From an uncultured Pseudomonadota bacterium (GTDB lineage Bacteria > SAR324 > NAC60-12), in the NCBI GenBank assembly GCA_913052275.1, contig CAJXDX010000001.1, positions 1 through 52,243 of the forward strand: DNA of 52,243 nt, read 5' to 3'. The position numbers and the translations under genes are program-made. The notes under the pieces were generated by a model. The model searched no databases. It was given only the letters and a program-made list of their open reading frames with translations, and had not been told where the DNA came from. Below, piece after piece: positions 20,326 through 29,945 of this stretch. Positions within the stretch are counted from its first letter, which is position 1. Each line of letters starts with the position of its first letter.

Positions 20326-21402
20326 TTGATTAAATATATGATTATTCAAAAATTTATTACCCTGATAATTGTTCTTAATCTTTACTTATACTCTGCCTAT
20401 GGAGTTTCACGTTTTTCAGTAGAAGAGCAGGAAAACATCAGGATATATGAAAAAAGCAGTAGAGCGGTTGTTAATATCAGCAATATTGGTCTAAACTACG
20501 ATTTTTTTTACCGGGCTATTCCTGCCGAATCCGGATCGGGAACCGGATTTATAATTGATGATTCTGGAACAATTGTTACGAATTATCATGTTGTGGAAAA
20601 TGCCAGTAAACTGATTATCACTCTATCAGACAATAGTCAATGGCCCGGGGAACTTATAGGCGCAGACCCAAACAACGACCTGGCTGTAATACGAATTGAT
20701 GCACCTTCCAGCAGTTATGAATATCTCGCATTTTCAAGTTCAAGAGACATTGTTGTTGGCCAGAAAGTATTGGCACTGGGAAATCCTTTTGGATTAAGAC
20801 TGACTTTGACAACAGGAATAATAAGTGCTTTGGGTCGTACCATTGCCGCAAAAAACGGGCGTAAAATTGAAGGGATCATTCAGACTGATGCAGCAATAAA
20901 TCCAGGTAATTCTGGCGGTCCTTTACTGGATTCAGAAGGTAAAGTAATTGGGATTAATACCGCAATTATAGGTACTTCTGGCAGTGTGGGTATTGGATTT
21001 GCCGTGCCAAGCGACACAGCGCTGAGGATTCTTCCGGATTTACTGGAATACGGATATGTCCGTCGCCCGTGGCTGGGAATTGAGCCGATACCGACTGTTT
21101 ATCTTCAAAGGATAGGAATTGATGTACCTGAAGGTCTGCTGATTGCCAGAGTTGTGAAAGGAGCTTCTGCAGACCAGGCCGGATTGCTTGGTGCTACCAA
21201 AACAGTCAAAGTGGGGAATTACAAAATTCCATGGGGTGGTGACATTATCACACATATCAATCAAACCAAGGTTACTACAATGGAAGATTTGGCACAGCAA
21301 ATAGAAACACGCAGATCTGGAGATGCAATCAATATTAAGTTAATCCGCAATGAACGTGTGCTCTCCATTAAGGTTGAGTTGTTTTTAAGACCAAGATCTT
21401 AA
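20326..21402 (+). CDS. HtrA/DegP-family (S1C) serine protease with one PDZ domain
   Basis: 358 aa. Signal peptide, triad context TNYHVV / NNDLAVIRI / GNSGGPLLD, and a C-terminal PDZ-like region (GLLIARVVKGASADQAGL). TTG at 20326, with an alternative ATG at 20338. Confidence 0.85.
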   Translation: MIKYMIIQKFITLIIVLNLYLYSAYGVSRFSVEEQENIRIYEKSSRAVVNISNIGLNYDFFYRAIPAESGSGTGFIIDDSGTIVTNYHVVENASKLIITLSDNSQWPGELIGADPNNDLAVIRIDAPSSSYEYLAFSSSRDIVVGQKVLALGNPFGLRLTLTTGIISALGRTIAAKNGRKIEGIIQTDAAINPGNSGGPLLDSEGKVIGINTAIIGTSGSVGIGFAVPSDTALRILPDLLEYGYVRRPWLGIEPIPTVYLQRIGIDVPEGLLIARVVKGASADQAGLLGATKTVKVGNYKIPWGGDIITHINQTKVTTMEDLAQQIETRRSGDAINIKLIRNERVLSIKVELFLRPRS

Positions 21403-21493
21403 TTAAATTTTTATTCCTTCCTGATCAAATTTTCCTTAAACTACCCTTTAAGTTAAATTACACAATTAATTTCAGTAGTACTTTAATAAAAAA

Positions 21494-22582
21494 ATGACTA
21501 ATCGTATTTACAATTTTGGAGCAGGGCCGGCAATGATCCCTACTCCGGTAATGCTGAAAATTCAGCAGGAATTTCTGGATTATCATGGGCTGGGGGCTTC
21601 AATTGTTGAACTCAGTCACAGGCTTCCATTATTTAAGGAGATACTTGATGAAGCAGAATCAATTTTCAGGGAATTGACAGGTCTTCCTGACAACTACAGA
21701 CTAATGTTTATGCATGGTGGTGCACAGATGCAGTTTTCTGCGGTTCCGCTTAATTTAATGGCCCGCAAGTCACACAAAGGCTCTTACTTCATTACAGGAA
21801 GGTGGGGAACTCTGGCTGAAAAAGAGGCACGCCGTTATGGCAAAACGGAGGTGCTTGCGGACGGAAAAGAGTTTGAATACAGGAGAATACCGGATTATGA
21901 CATCAGTATGCTTGATCAAAATACCAGTTATGTTCACCTGACATCAAACAACACGCTCTATGGAACGCGCTGGCACAAATTTCCATACACAAATGACATT
22001 CCTCTTGTAGCTGACTCTACTTCGGACATCTTATCCAGGGAAATGGATTATTCTCTTTTTGGAGTTGTTTATGCCGGCCTGCAAAAAAATCTTGGCATTC
22101 CCGGTACTGCTTTGGTAGTTGTTCGTGAAGACTTGCTGGGTAACGCACTTCCGGAAACACCGAAACTGCTTGATTATTCACTTATCGATGAATCACAGTC
22201 TATTCTAAATACAATAAATGTATTTGCAGTTTACGTGGCACGTTTAGTTTTAGAATGGGTAAAAGAGCAGGGGGGAATTCCGGAAATGGAAAAACTTGCA
22301 GAACAAAAATCCGGACTTTTATATCAGATACTTGATGACTCTGATTTTTATATTGCTGTTGCTCATCCGGATCACCGCTCTACTATGAATGTTACCTTTC
22401 ACTTTGGGCAGGAAAAACTGCTCCATAAATTTTTATCAGAATCAGAAAAAGAAGGGTTATTTGCTCTCAAAGGACATGCCTCAGTAGGAGGAGTCAGGGC
22501 TTCAATATACAATGCCATGCCTCTGGATGGTGTTAAACAACTGGCTGATTTTATGAAGGAATTCGAACGGAAAAACGGCTAG
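21494..22582 (+). CDS. serC: 3-phosphoserine / phosphohydroxythreonine aminotransferase
   Basis: 362 aa. NFGAGPAMIP, MHGGAQMQF, the GLQKNLG PLP-lysine region, and GGVRASIYNAMP. Confidence 0.9.
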   Translation: MTNRIYNFGAGPAMIPTPVMLKIQQEFLDYHGLGASIVELSHRLPLFKEILDEAESIFRELTGLPDNYRLMFMHGGAQMQFSAVPLNLMARKSHKGSYFITGRWGTLAEKEARRYGKTEVLADGKEFEYRRIPDYDISMLDQNTSYVHLTSNNTLYGTRWHKFPYTNDIPLVADSTSDILSREMDYSLFGVVYAGLQKNLGIPGTALVVVREDLLGNALPETPKLLDYSLIDESQSILNTINVFAVYVARLVLEWVKEQGGIPEMEKLAEQKSGLLYQILDDSDFYIAVAHPDHRSTMNVTFHFGQEKLLHKFLSESEKEGLFALKGHASVGGVRASIYNAMPLDGVKQLADFMKEFERKNG

Positions 22583-23130
22583 GCGGCTTTGGCCTGATTT
22601 ATCTTTACCAGATGACTTGGCCATTGCAAATATTCCTGCCAGCAGGAGTCTGGAATCTGGATATGAAGTGTTTTGGCTATATTAACCATTTGCCAGTAAT
22701 TTGGCTCATACGGAGTCTTGGAAGGCGGTACAATGTTTGCTCCCTTGCTTAAATTACATTTCAGGCAAGCTGCTACAACATTTTTCCAACGTAGTCTTCC
22801 TCCCAGACTTTTGGGGATGACATGATCTACAGTAAGATGTTCAGATGAGAAGTGTCGCATGCAATATTGACAATGAAAACGGTCCCGCAGGAAGACATTA
22901 CGACGAGTAAAGTTAACAGTTCCTTTCTGATGATGATATCGATTCATCATTACCACACTGGGAACCGGAATGGATATGTGCTGTGAATGGCATATCCAGT
23001 CGTCATAAGAACGTAAAACAGTCACCTTCTCCAGAAAAAGGGCTTTAATTGCCTGCTGCCAGGTAAGTGTGCTCAGCGGCCATAAGGTCAACGGATTCCC
23101 ATCCTGGTTCAGTAAAAGAACTTCTCTCAT
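22579..23130 (-). CDS. standalone HNH endonuclease-domain protein
   Basis: 183 aa. HNH/zinc-finger core CQYC...LTVDHVIPKSLGG...WKNVVAACLKCNLSKG. Its stop overlaps the serC stop (CTAG at 22579-22582). Confidence 0.8.
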   Translation of the reverse strand: MREVLLLNQDGNPLTLWPLSTLTWQQAIKALFLEKVTVLRSYDDWICHSQHISIPVPSVVMMNRYHHQKGTVNFTRRNVFLRDRFHCQYCMRHFSSEHLTVDHVIPKSLGGRLRWKNVVAACLKCNLSKGANIVPPSKTPYEPNYWQMVNIAKTLHIQIPDSCWQEYLQWPSHLVKINQAKAA

Positions 23131-23156
23131 ATTGAAATAGATTTAAAAATGATTGT

Positions 23157-25850
23157 TTAATTAATCATATCCTGCTTATTTTCACGCATGAATTTTCTCA
23201 AAACAGTATGTAAAATACCACCATTTTTGTAATATTCAATTTCAACCTGCGTATCCAGGCGGCAAGTTACAGGAATTTTTTGATCTCCAGCCTGTAAAAT
23301 CAAATCCTGACCAGGCACGAGATTATCATTCAATCCCAATACAGCATATTCTTCCTCACCACTCAAACCAAGCGATTTATGTGTTTGATTATCTTTGAAC
23401 TGAAGAGGGAGTACTCCCATTCCTACCAGATTTGAACGGTGTATCCTTTCAAAACTTGATGCAGCCACAGCTTTGACTCCAAGCAATGAGGTCCCTTTTG
23501 CTGCCCAGTCACGAGATGAACCTGTACCATATTCTTCACCTGCCAGAACAATAAGAGGGGTGCCGGTCTCCATGTATTTTAACGATGCTTCGTAAATTGA
23601 AGTTATTTCTCCTGATGGAATCAGTTTAGTAAATCCTCCTTCATGTTCGGGCACCAACTCATTACGTAAACGTATATTCGCAAAAGTTCCGCGTGTCATT
23701 ACTCTGTCATTTCCGCGGCGGGAACCATAAGAATTAAAATCATTTTTTGCAGTCCCATTTTCCAGCAAGTATTTCCCTGCAGGACTTTCTGGAGAAAACG
23801 CTCCTGCGGGTGAAATATGGTCTGTAGTAACTGAGTCACCAAGTTTTGCTAAAACTCTTGCACCAGTGATGTCCTTTACTGGTTTAGTTTCAAGTCCCAT
23901 ATTTTTGAAAAAAGGGGGATTCTGTATATACGTGGAAGATTCGTTCCACTGAAAAACTTCTCCGGCTGGTGCTTCAATGGCATTCCACATTGGGGAACTT
24001 TTATCTGCACTGTCATATTCTTTCAGGTACATTTCACTGGAAATAAGTTTTTCAGCATTCTTAATCGCTTCATTACTTGGCCAAATATCTTTAAGATAAA
24101 CTGGTTGTCCATTGTCTCCAATCCCGAGAGGATCATTATTGAAGTCATGATTTACACTACCAGCGATTGCATAGGCAACCACAAGCGGCGGACTGGCCAG
24201 ATAATTTGCCTTTACATGCTGATTGATCCTTCCTTCAAAGTTTCTATTGCCTGACAACACAGATGCAACTATTAGATCTCCCTCGTTAATCGCATTAACA
24301 ATCTTCTCTGGAAGTGGTCCTGAGTTGCCAATGCATGTGGTGCATCCAAAGCCCACTGTGTGAAAACCAAGTGCATCAAGGGACTCATCCAGTAGTGAAG
24401 CTTTAAGGTAATCTGATACTACACGTGAACCGGGTCCAAGAGAGGTTTTAACCCATGGTTTTCGTTTCAATCCTTTTTCAACTGCTTTTTTTGCCAAAAG
24501 ACCAGCAGCAAGCATCACTGAAGGATTGCTGGTGTTTGTGCAGGACGTGATAGCCGCAATTACTACTGATCCATGTGTTAACTTTTCTGATGCAATTCCT
24601 TCTAGTGGAATAGCAGTTTCGAGTTTATCTGCACTCAATTCAAAACCACCATCACTTCTATTAGAACGCAGAGTTTTTTGCCATGTAGGTTTCATCAATG
24701 AAAGCCTGACACGATCCTGAGGACGTTTTGGTCCGGCAAGAGAAGGTTCAACTGTTGAAAGATCAAGCTCTAAAGAATCAGAAAATTCAGGGTCGAGAGT
24801 TTCACTTGTCCGGAAGAGTCCCTGTGTTTTGCAGTATCGCTCTACTCTCTGAACAAGTGATTCTGGGCGCCCGGTACCACGCAAATAAGTTAAAGTCTCC
24901 TCATCAACCGGGAAAAAACCCATGGTTGCTCCATATTCCGGAGCCATGTTTGAAAGAGTTGCCCGGTCAGCTAATTTCAGATTATTTAAACCGGGTCCGA
25001 AAAATTCAACAAATTTTTCCACTACCCCTTTTTGACGCAGCATCTCCACAACGCGCAGCACCAAATCAGTAGCTGTTGTGCCTTCTCTCAGTTTACCCTG
25101 CAAACGGAAACCGATTACTTCAGGTATCAGCATATAGATCGGCTGCCCTAGCATTACCGATTCTGCCTCTATTCCTCCTACTCCCCATCCCATAACCCCA
25201 AGGCCGTTTATCATTGTTGTGTGAGAGTCTGTACCAACAAGTGTGTCCGGAAAACAAACTCCATTTCTAAATTGAACAACACTTGCCACAGTTTCCAGAT
25301 TTACCTGATGTACAATTCCTACACCTGGAGGGTAGACATTAAAATTGTCGAATGCCTGCTTGCCCCATTTGAGAAATTCATAACGTTCGCGATTACGTTT
25401 AAACTCAATATCCATATTACTTTTGAGAGCATCAGAACTTCCAAAAACATCGACTTGTATTGAGTGATCAATTACCAAATCAACAGGCACACGAGGGTTA
25501 ATAACTGCGGGGTCACCATCCATTTCAACCACAGCGGATCTAAGAGCAGCAAGATCAACAACTGCAGGCACACCGGTAAAATCCTGTAAAATGACACGCG
25601 CAGGCCTGTATGGAATTTCTTCAGATGACTTTTCTGAAGCATTCCAGTTAGCCAGTAAATTCACATCCTCAGTATTAGATTTTGACTCTTCAACATTTCG
25701 AAGGGCCTGTTCCAGTAAAATACGGATAGAAAACGGAAGAGTGTCAATGGGTCCTACACCTCTTTTTTGCAGCTCTTCCAGACTGTAAATTGAAGCAGTT
25801 CCTTCCCCACTTTCGAAATCAATACGGCATCCAAAATTGTTTTGCGACAT
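23157..25850 (-). CDS. acnA: aconitate hydratase A
   Basis: About 897 aa from the ATG at 25850 (the ORF track starts at TTG 25871). [34 protein letters not shown], and the [11 protein letters not shown] swivel-domain motif. Confidence 0.9.
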   Translation of the reverse strand: MSQNNFGCRIDFESGEGTASIYSLEELQKRGVGPIDTLPFSIRILLEQALRNVEESKSNTEDVNLLANWNASEKSSEEIPYRPARVILQDFTGVPAVVDLAALRSAVVEMDGDPAVINPRVPVDLVIDHSIQVDVFGSSDALKSNMDIEFKRNRERYEFLKWGKQAFDNFNVYPPGVGIVHQVNLETVASVVQFRNGVCFPDTLVGTDSHTTMINGLGVMGWGVGGIEAESVMLGQPIYMLIPEVIGFRLQGKLREGTTATDLVLRVVEMLRQKGVVEKFVEFFGPGLNNLKLADRATLSNMAPEYGATMGFFPVDEETLTYLRGTGRPESLVQRVERYCKTQGLFRTSETLDPEFSDSLELDLSTVEPSLAGPKRPQDRVRLSLMKPTWQKTLRSNRSDGGFELSADKLETAIPLEGIASEKLTHGSVVIAAITSCTNTSNPSVMLAAGLLAKKAVEKGLKRKPWVKTSLGPGSRVVSDYLKASLLDESLDALGFHTVGFGCTTCIGNSGPLPEKIVNAINEGDLIVASVLSGNRNFEGRINQHVKANYLASPPLVVAYAIAGSVNHDFNNDPLGIGDNGQPVYLKDIWPSNEAIKNAEKLISSEMYLKEYDSADKSSPMWNAIEAPAGEVFQWNESSTYIQNPPFFKNMGLETKPVKDITGARVLAKLGDSVTTDHISPAGAFSPESPAGKYLLENGTAKNDFNSYGSRRGNDRVMTRGTFANIRLRNELVPEHEGGFTKLIPSGEITSIYEASLKYMETGTPLIVLAGEEYGTGSSRDWAAKGTSLLGVKAVAASSFERIHRSNLVGMGVLPLQFKDNQTHKSLGLSGEEEYAVLGLNDNLVPGQDLILQAGDQKIPVTCRLDTQVEIEYYKNGGILHTVLRKFMRENKQDMIN

Positions 25851-26138
25851 TACCAATACAAATGCATTCAAAAAAGATTAATAAAACATGAGATAAAAAA
25901 ATGCATTCAAGCATTAATAAAAAATTGAGAATAATATATATGGAAATGTATTCAGCTTATCAGTAAATTTCAAGTTATTAGGGCTGTGTAGAAAAATTTC
26001 GGCACTAATTCAAATTGAACTTGAATGAATAACAATGGTGCTTCAATAGTTGAAAAATTCATTAAAATAAGGGATAATGCGCTCGTAATAAAAAAGCATT
26101 TCATTCAATTTATCTGTATAAAAAATAAATATTTAATC

Positions 26139-27185
26139 ATGCTGAAACCTCTATTAATAATTACCACAATTTTGTTTTTCATCGGTGGAGGAATGTATTT
26201 TTTTCATGAGGGCTCAAACTTCAATAAATCCCCAAAATACGTTCAAAGCAGTCAAAAACTTTTAAAACAGCTTGATACTAAAACTTTAGACAGAATAAAA
26301 ATCTTTGGTAATGGTTCTCAGGTTGATTTGGTCCAGCTGCAGGGAGGAGGCTGGAAAGAGCAGTCTTTAAATTACGAGGCAGATATACTTTCAATTCAGG
26401 ATTTGTTAGTAAATTTATCAAAAATAAGTTTGGGAGATTTAGTTACAGATAATCCTGATTATCATGAACGGTTCCAGCTACTTGACCCTCCGGATAATAT
26501 AGACCTGTGGGAAAAAGAACGTCATGGATTTGCATTAAACCTTTTACGTGGAGACGGGACATCAATTGTTTATTTACTGCTTGGTAAAGAACGTATTAAC
26601 GGTCCTGGGCAATATATTCGTCAAGCAGGGTCGGATAAGATTTATTTGATTCCTGAACCTTTATTAATATATTCAGAAGCGGATGATTGGCTTAGAAAAG
26701 ATTTACTTGCTCTGGAATCTAAGCATATTCAAAGACTTGATCTTCAAAAAGTAGATAACAGCTCCTATTCCATCAGCCGGGTAGATGATAAAAGCGACTG
26801 GGTAAATGAGCCTGAAAATTCAGACTTAATTGAAAAAAGCAAAATAAACAGGGCACTTAGTAGACTGGAAGATCTAACCTTTTCAAAATTATATAAAAAT
26901 GATGAAGTGACACAGGAGCTGACAGAGGGAAACTACAAAGAGGACTCTTTATCAGTTACGTTGTTTGATGGCAGTGTTTATTCATTAATCTTCAAAAAAA
27001 ATGTATCAGGTGATGAAAATTACCTGCTGAGACTGCGAATGGGAATATCACTTGAAGCATCAGGCAACCCTGATACAGATGACTCTAAACTGCGTAAGGA
27101 AATGGAAGAATTTAATCAGCGAGTGAATAGCCGTTTGTTTGAAATCAGTTCCTGGGAAGCCAAGGAACTTTTGTTCAGTGACTAA
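26139..27185 (+). CDS. membrane-anchored hypothetical protein, DUF4340-like
   Basis: The ORF runs 26025..27185. The likely start is the ATG at 26139, giving MLKPLLIITTILFFIGGGMYFF (N-terminal anchor). The repeated pattern (KIFGNGSQVDLVQLQGGGWKEQ...ADILSIQDLLVNLSKISLGDLV) is reminiscent of DUF4340. Family call is tentative. Confidence 0.45.
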   Translation: MLKPLLIITTILFFIGGGMYFFHEGSNFNKSPKYVQSSQKLLKQLDTKTLDRIKIFGNGSQVDLVQLQGGGWKEQSLNYEADILSIQDLLVNLSKISLGDLVTDNPDYHERFQLLDPPDNIDLWEKERHGFALNLLRGDGTSIVYLLLGKERINGPGQYIRQAGSDKIYLIPEPLLIYSEADDWLRKDLLALESKHIQRLDLQKVDNSSYSISRVDDKSDWVNEPENSDLIEKSKINRALSRLEDLTFSKLYKNDEVTQELTEGNYKEDSLSVTLFDGSVYSLIFKKNVSGDENYLLRLRMGISLEASGNPDTDDSKLRKEMEEFNQRVNSRLFEISSWEAKELLFSD

Positions 27186-27219
27186 TGAATACCAGCCTTC
27201 CCTCATATAAAAGCCTTTA

Positions 27220-28182
27220 ATGTCAATCAAAATGACATCCGGGCATACTGAACTAAGTTTCCATTATATGCGTTTAGGTGGTCAGGTGGAAACTCTCCTT
27301 CAATTTTTACTCAGGCGATTCCGTTATTTGGATGATCAACAATGGAAGGAAAATATTAATGCTAAACGTATTTGGGTCGATGGTAAATTAGGCAAAGCTA
27401 ATCTTAAGTTACATGACAACCAAAAAATTATTTATTTTCGTCCTGATTTTCTTGAACCAGAAGTTGACCCACAATTTGACATTATCTACGAAGACGATGC
27501 GCTGATCGCATTGTGCAAGTCAGGGAATCTTCCTACCAGCCCTTCAGGCAAATACTATAAAAATACACTGGTTAATTTAGTCAAGTCACGTTTTGGCATG
27601 AAAAAGCTGTATACGCTCCATCGGCTTGATCGTGAAACAAGCGGAGTGATTATTTTTGCAAAAAGGCATGAAATTGCTCAAACTATGGCCGCTCTTTTCA
27701 GAAAAAAACGAATTCAAAAAATATACTCTGCAATTCTTAATGGGCATCTGCCTAAAAGTTCTGGAAAGTCCATTCCAGAAGCATTCATTTATCTGCCTAT
27801 AGGGAAGGACTCAAACAGCAAAATCAGGATTAAGCAAAGCGTTAATTCTCTAGGTAAACCTTGCCAGACGTATTTCAGGGAAAAAGAAAAAATTGGTGAT
27901 TTTTCCCTTGTTGAAGTGCGTCCTCTCACTGGAAGAACCCATCAAATCAGAGTTCATGCCGCTCACATTGGCTGTGCTGTTCTGGGTGACAAGCTGTACG
28001 GACTCCCTGATGATGGATTTATTCGCTGGCTAAGTGATGGTGATGATTATCTGCTCGAGCAAAATTTTCCACTACACAGGCAATTACTCCATGCATCTGA
28101 GATACGTTTCGAGCATCCTGTTAAAAAAATTGAAACTGTAATTCGGGCTTCAGATGAAATTCTGTTAAAAGAATTAAATTAA
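27220..28182 (+). CDS. RluA-family pseudouridine synthase
   Basis: 320 aa. Catalytic-Asp motif HRLDRETSGVIIFAK, LTGRTHQIRVH, and an N-terminal S4-like region. Confidence 0.85.
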   Translation: MSIKMTSGHTELSFHYMRLGGQVETLLQFLLRRFRYLDDQQWKENINAKRIWVDGKLGKANLKLHDNQKIIYFRPDFLEPEVDPQFDIIYEDDALIALCKSGNLPTSPSGKYYKNTLVNLVKSRFGMKKLYTLHRLDRETSGVIIFAKRHEIAQTMAALFRKKRIQKIYSAILNGHLPKSSGKSIPEAFIYLPIGKDSNSKIRIKQSVNSLGKPCQTYFREKEKIGDFSLVEVRPLTGRTHQIRVHAAHIGCAVLGDKLYGLPDDGFIRWLSDGDDYLLEQNFPLHRQLLHASEIRFEHPVKKIETVIRASDEILLKELN

Positions 28183-28223
28183 GTTAACAAGTCCACAATA
28201 CACACAATAGATTTCACTAGAAA

Positions 28224-29945
28224 ATGGATTTTATAGAAAAAGCAAATTTCTGGGCTGAAAATCCTTGTTTTGACAGTGAAACTCAGGCAGAAGCCAGAAA
28301 ACTTCTAAAAGATCAAAACAGAGATTTATGTAAAGATTCTTTCGGCAGTATTCTGGAATTTGGTACAGGCGGACTTCGTGGAATTATGGGTGTGGGAACA
28401 AATCGTGTAAATCGCTACACAATACAAACTGCTACAGAAGGAGTGGCACGGATAATCAAGAAAAACAAGATTGGATCTGCAGCAAGAGAAGTGATAATTG
28501 GATATGATACCAGGCACCGTTCATTTGAATTTGCAAAAGTGGCATGTGAAGTTTTGGCCGGGCATGGAATTCCTGTGTATTTGTTCTCAGAAGCTTCACC
28601 AACACCGCTCGTCTCATGCGAGCTATTGCGGAGAAATGCTGTTGCCGGAATTATCATTACAGCCAGCCATAATCCTCCCGAGTACAACGGCTATAAGGTT
28701 TACTGGAAAAACGGCGGACAGATTGTACCTCCGTTAGACGGTCAGATAATTAATCAAATCCGGAATATTACAAGAATTGACGAAATCCCGGTAATCCCTT
28801 TTGAAAAAGCATTGGAGCAAAGGAACATTGAGTGGATAAATAAAGAGGCTGATGAGTATTATCTGAATACTGTCAGTAATTTAAGTTTAGGAAACTGTGA
28901 AAATAATAAGAAGTTAGGAGTAGTTTTTACTCCACTGCACGGAACAGGCGGACGTTTGGTACCAGAACTGCTTCGGCGACATTGCTTTGAGAAAGTGAAA
29001 GTTGTTGAAAAACAAATGGTCCCAGATGGAGAATTCCCTACAGTAGCATCTCCAAATCCGGAAGATATTGATGCCTTCAATATGGCTGTATCTCAAGCAT
29101 CGGACCAGGATGAGCTGATTTTGGCAAATGATCCTGATGCAGACCGCTTAGGTGTGATGATACGGGACTCAGAGAAAAAATGGCATTGGTTAACAGGCAA
29201 TCAAATTGGAGTATTAATTCTGGATTTCATCCTTTCGAATTTAAATCAGCAAAACCTTCTTCCGGGAAATGGTGTAATTTTTACTACTGTGGTCACTTCC
29301 CCTCTAGTATCAAAAATAGCTGGGGAATATGGTTTGAAAGTAGTTGAGGTATTAACAGGATTTAAATGGATTAGACAGGCGGCATTAAAGTATGAAAAAG
29401 ATCATGACTTCAAGTTTGTTTTTGGAATGGAAGAAAGCCACGGATATTTAATGGGTAACCATTCAGGCGATAAAGACGGGATTTGGGCATCTCTGGTCTT
29501 TGCTGAATTGGTGGCATCACATAAGGCAAACAACCTGACACCACTTGACAGGCTTAATCAGATTTACCTGCATCATGGGACTTATCTTGATGTACTTAAG
29601 ACTCGCACTTTCTCAGGGGCTGGAGGAATTGAGAAAATTCAGCAGCTTATGAAAATATTACGCGACTCACCTCCTGAAACTGTAGCAGGAAATTCTGTAG
29701 TTCAAATTACAGATTTTTTGCACAATACAATCACTTACACGGATAAGACATCTCCACCTAAGATTGGTCCCGGATTACCTCCCTCCAATGTTATTTCTAT
29801 TGAACTGGATGACAGGACCAGAATAATTGCTCGGCCATCTGGTACTGAGCCTAAAATAAAATATTATTTTAATCTGTGCGGAGAGAATTCTTTAATATTA
29901 GAGAAGAAACTTGATGCTATTCAGCAAGAATTTCTCAGAGATTAA
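28224..29945 (+). CDS. phosphoglucomutase/phosphomannomutase-family phosphosugar mutase (PgcA-like)
   Basis: 573 aa. Phosphoserine loop TASHNPPEYNGYK, metal loop DPDADR, sugar loop GMEESHG, phosphate loop RPSGTEPKIK. Confidence 0.85.
   Translation: MDFIEKANFWAENPCFDSETQAEARKLLKDQNRDLCKDSFGSILEFGTGGLRGIMGVGTNRVNRYTIQTATEGVARIIKKNKIGSAAREVIIGYDTRHRSFEFAKVACEVLAGHGIPVYLFSEASPTPLVSCELLRRNAVAGIIITASHNPPEYNGYKVYWKNGGQIVPPLDGQIINQIRNITRIDEIPVIPFEKALEQRNIEWINKEADEYYLNTVSNLSLGNCENNKKLGVVFTPLHGTGGRLVPELLRRHCFEKVKVVEKQMVPDGEFPTVASPNPEDIDAFNMAVSQASDQDELILANDPDADRLGVMIRDSEKKWHWLTGNQIGVLILDFILSNLNQQNLLPGNGVIFTTVVTSPLVSKIAGEYGLKVVEVLTGFKWIRQAALKYEKDHDFKFVFGMEESHGYLMGNHSGDKDGIWASLVFAELVASHKANNLTPLDRLNQIYLHHGTYLDVLKTRTFSGAGGIEKIQQLMKILRDSPPETVAGNSVVQITDFLHNTITYTDKTSPPKIGPGLPPSNVISIELDDRTRIIARPSGTEPKIKYYFNLCGENSLILEKKLDAIQQEFLRD

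Noticed and set aside
26025-26138. 38-codon upstream extension of the DUF4340-like ORF
   Set aside because: It is AT-rich with Ile/Lys/Asn-biased codons that look non-coding. The ATG at 26139 starts directly at a typical membrane anchor.
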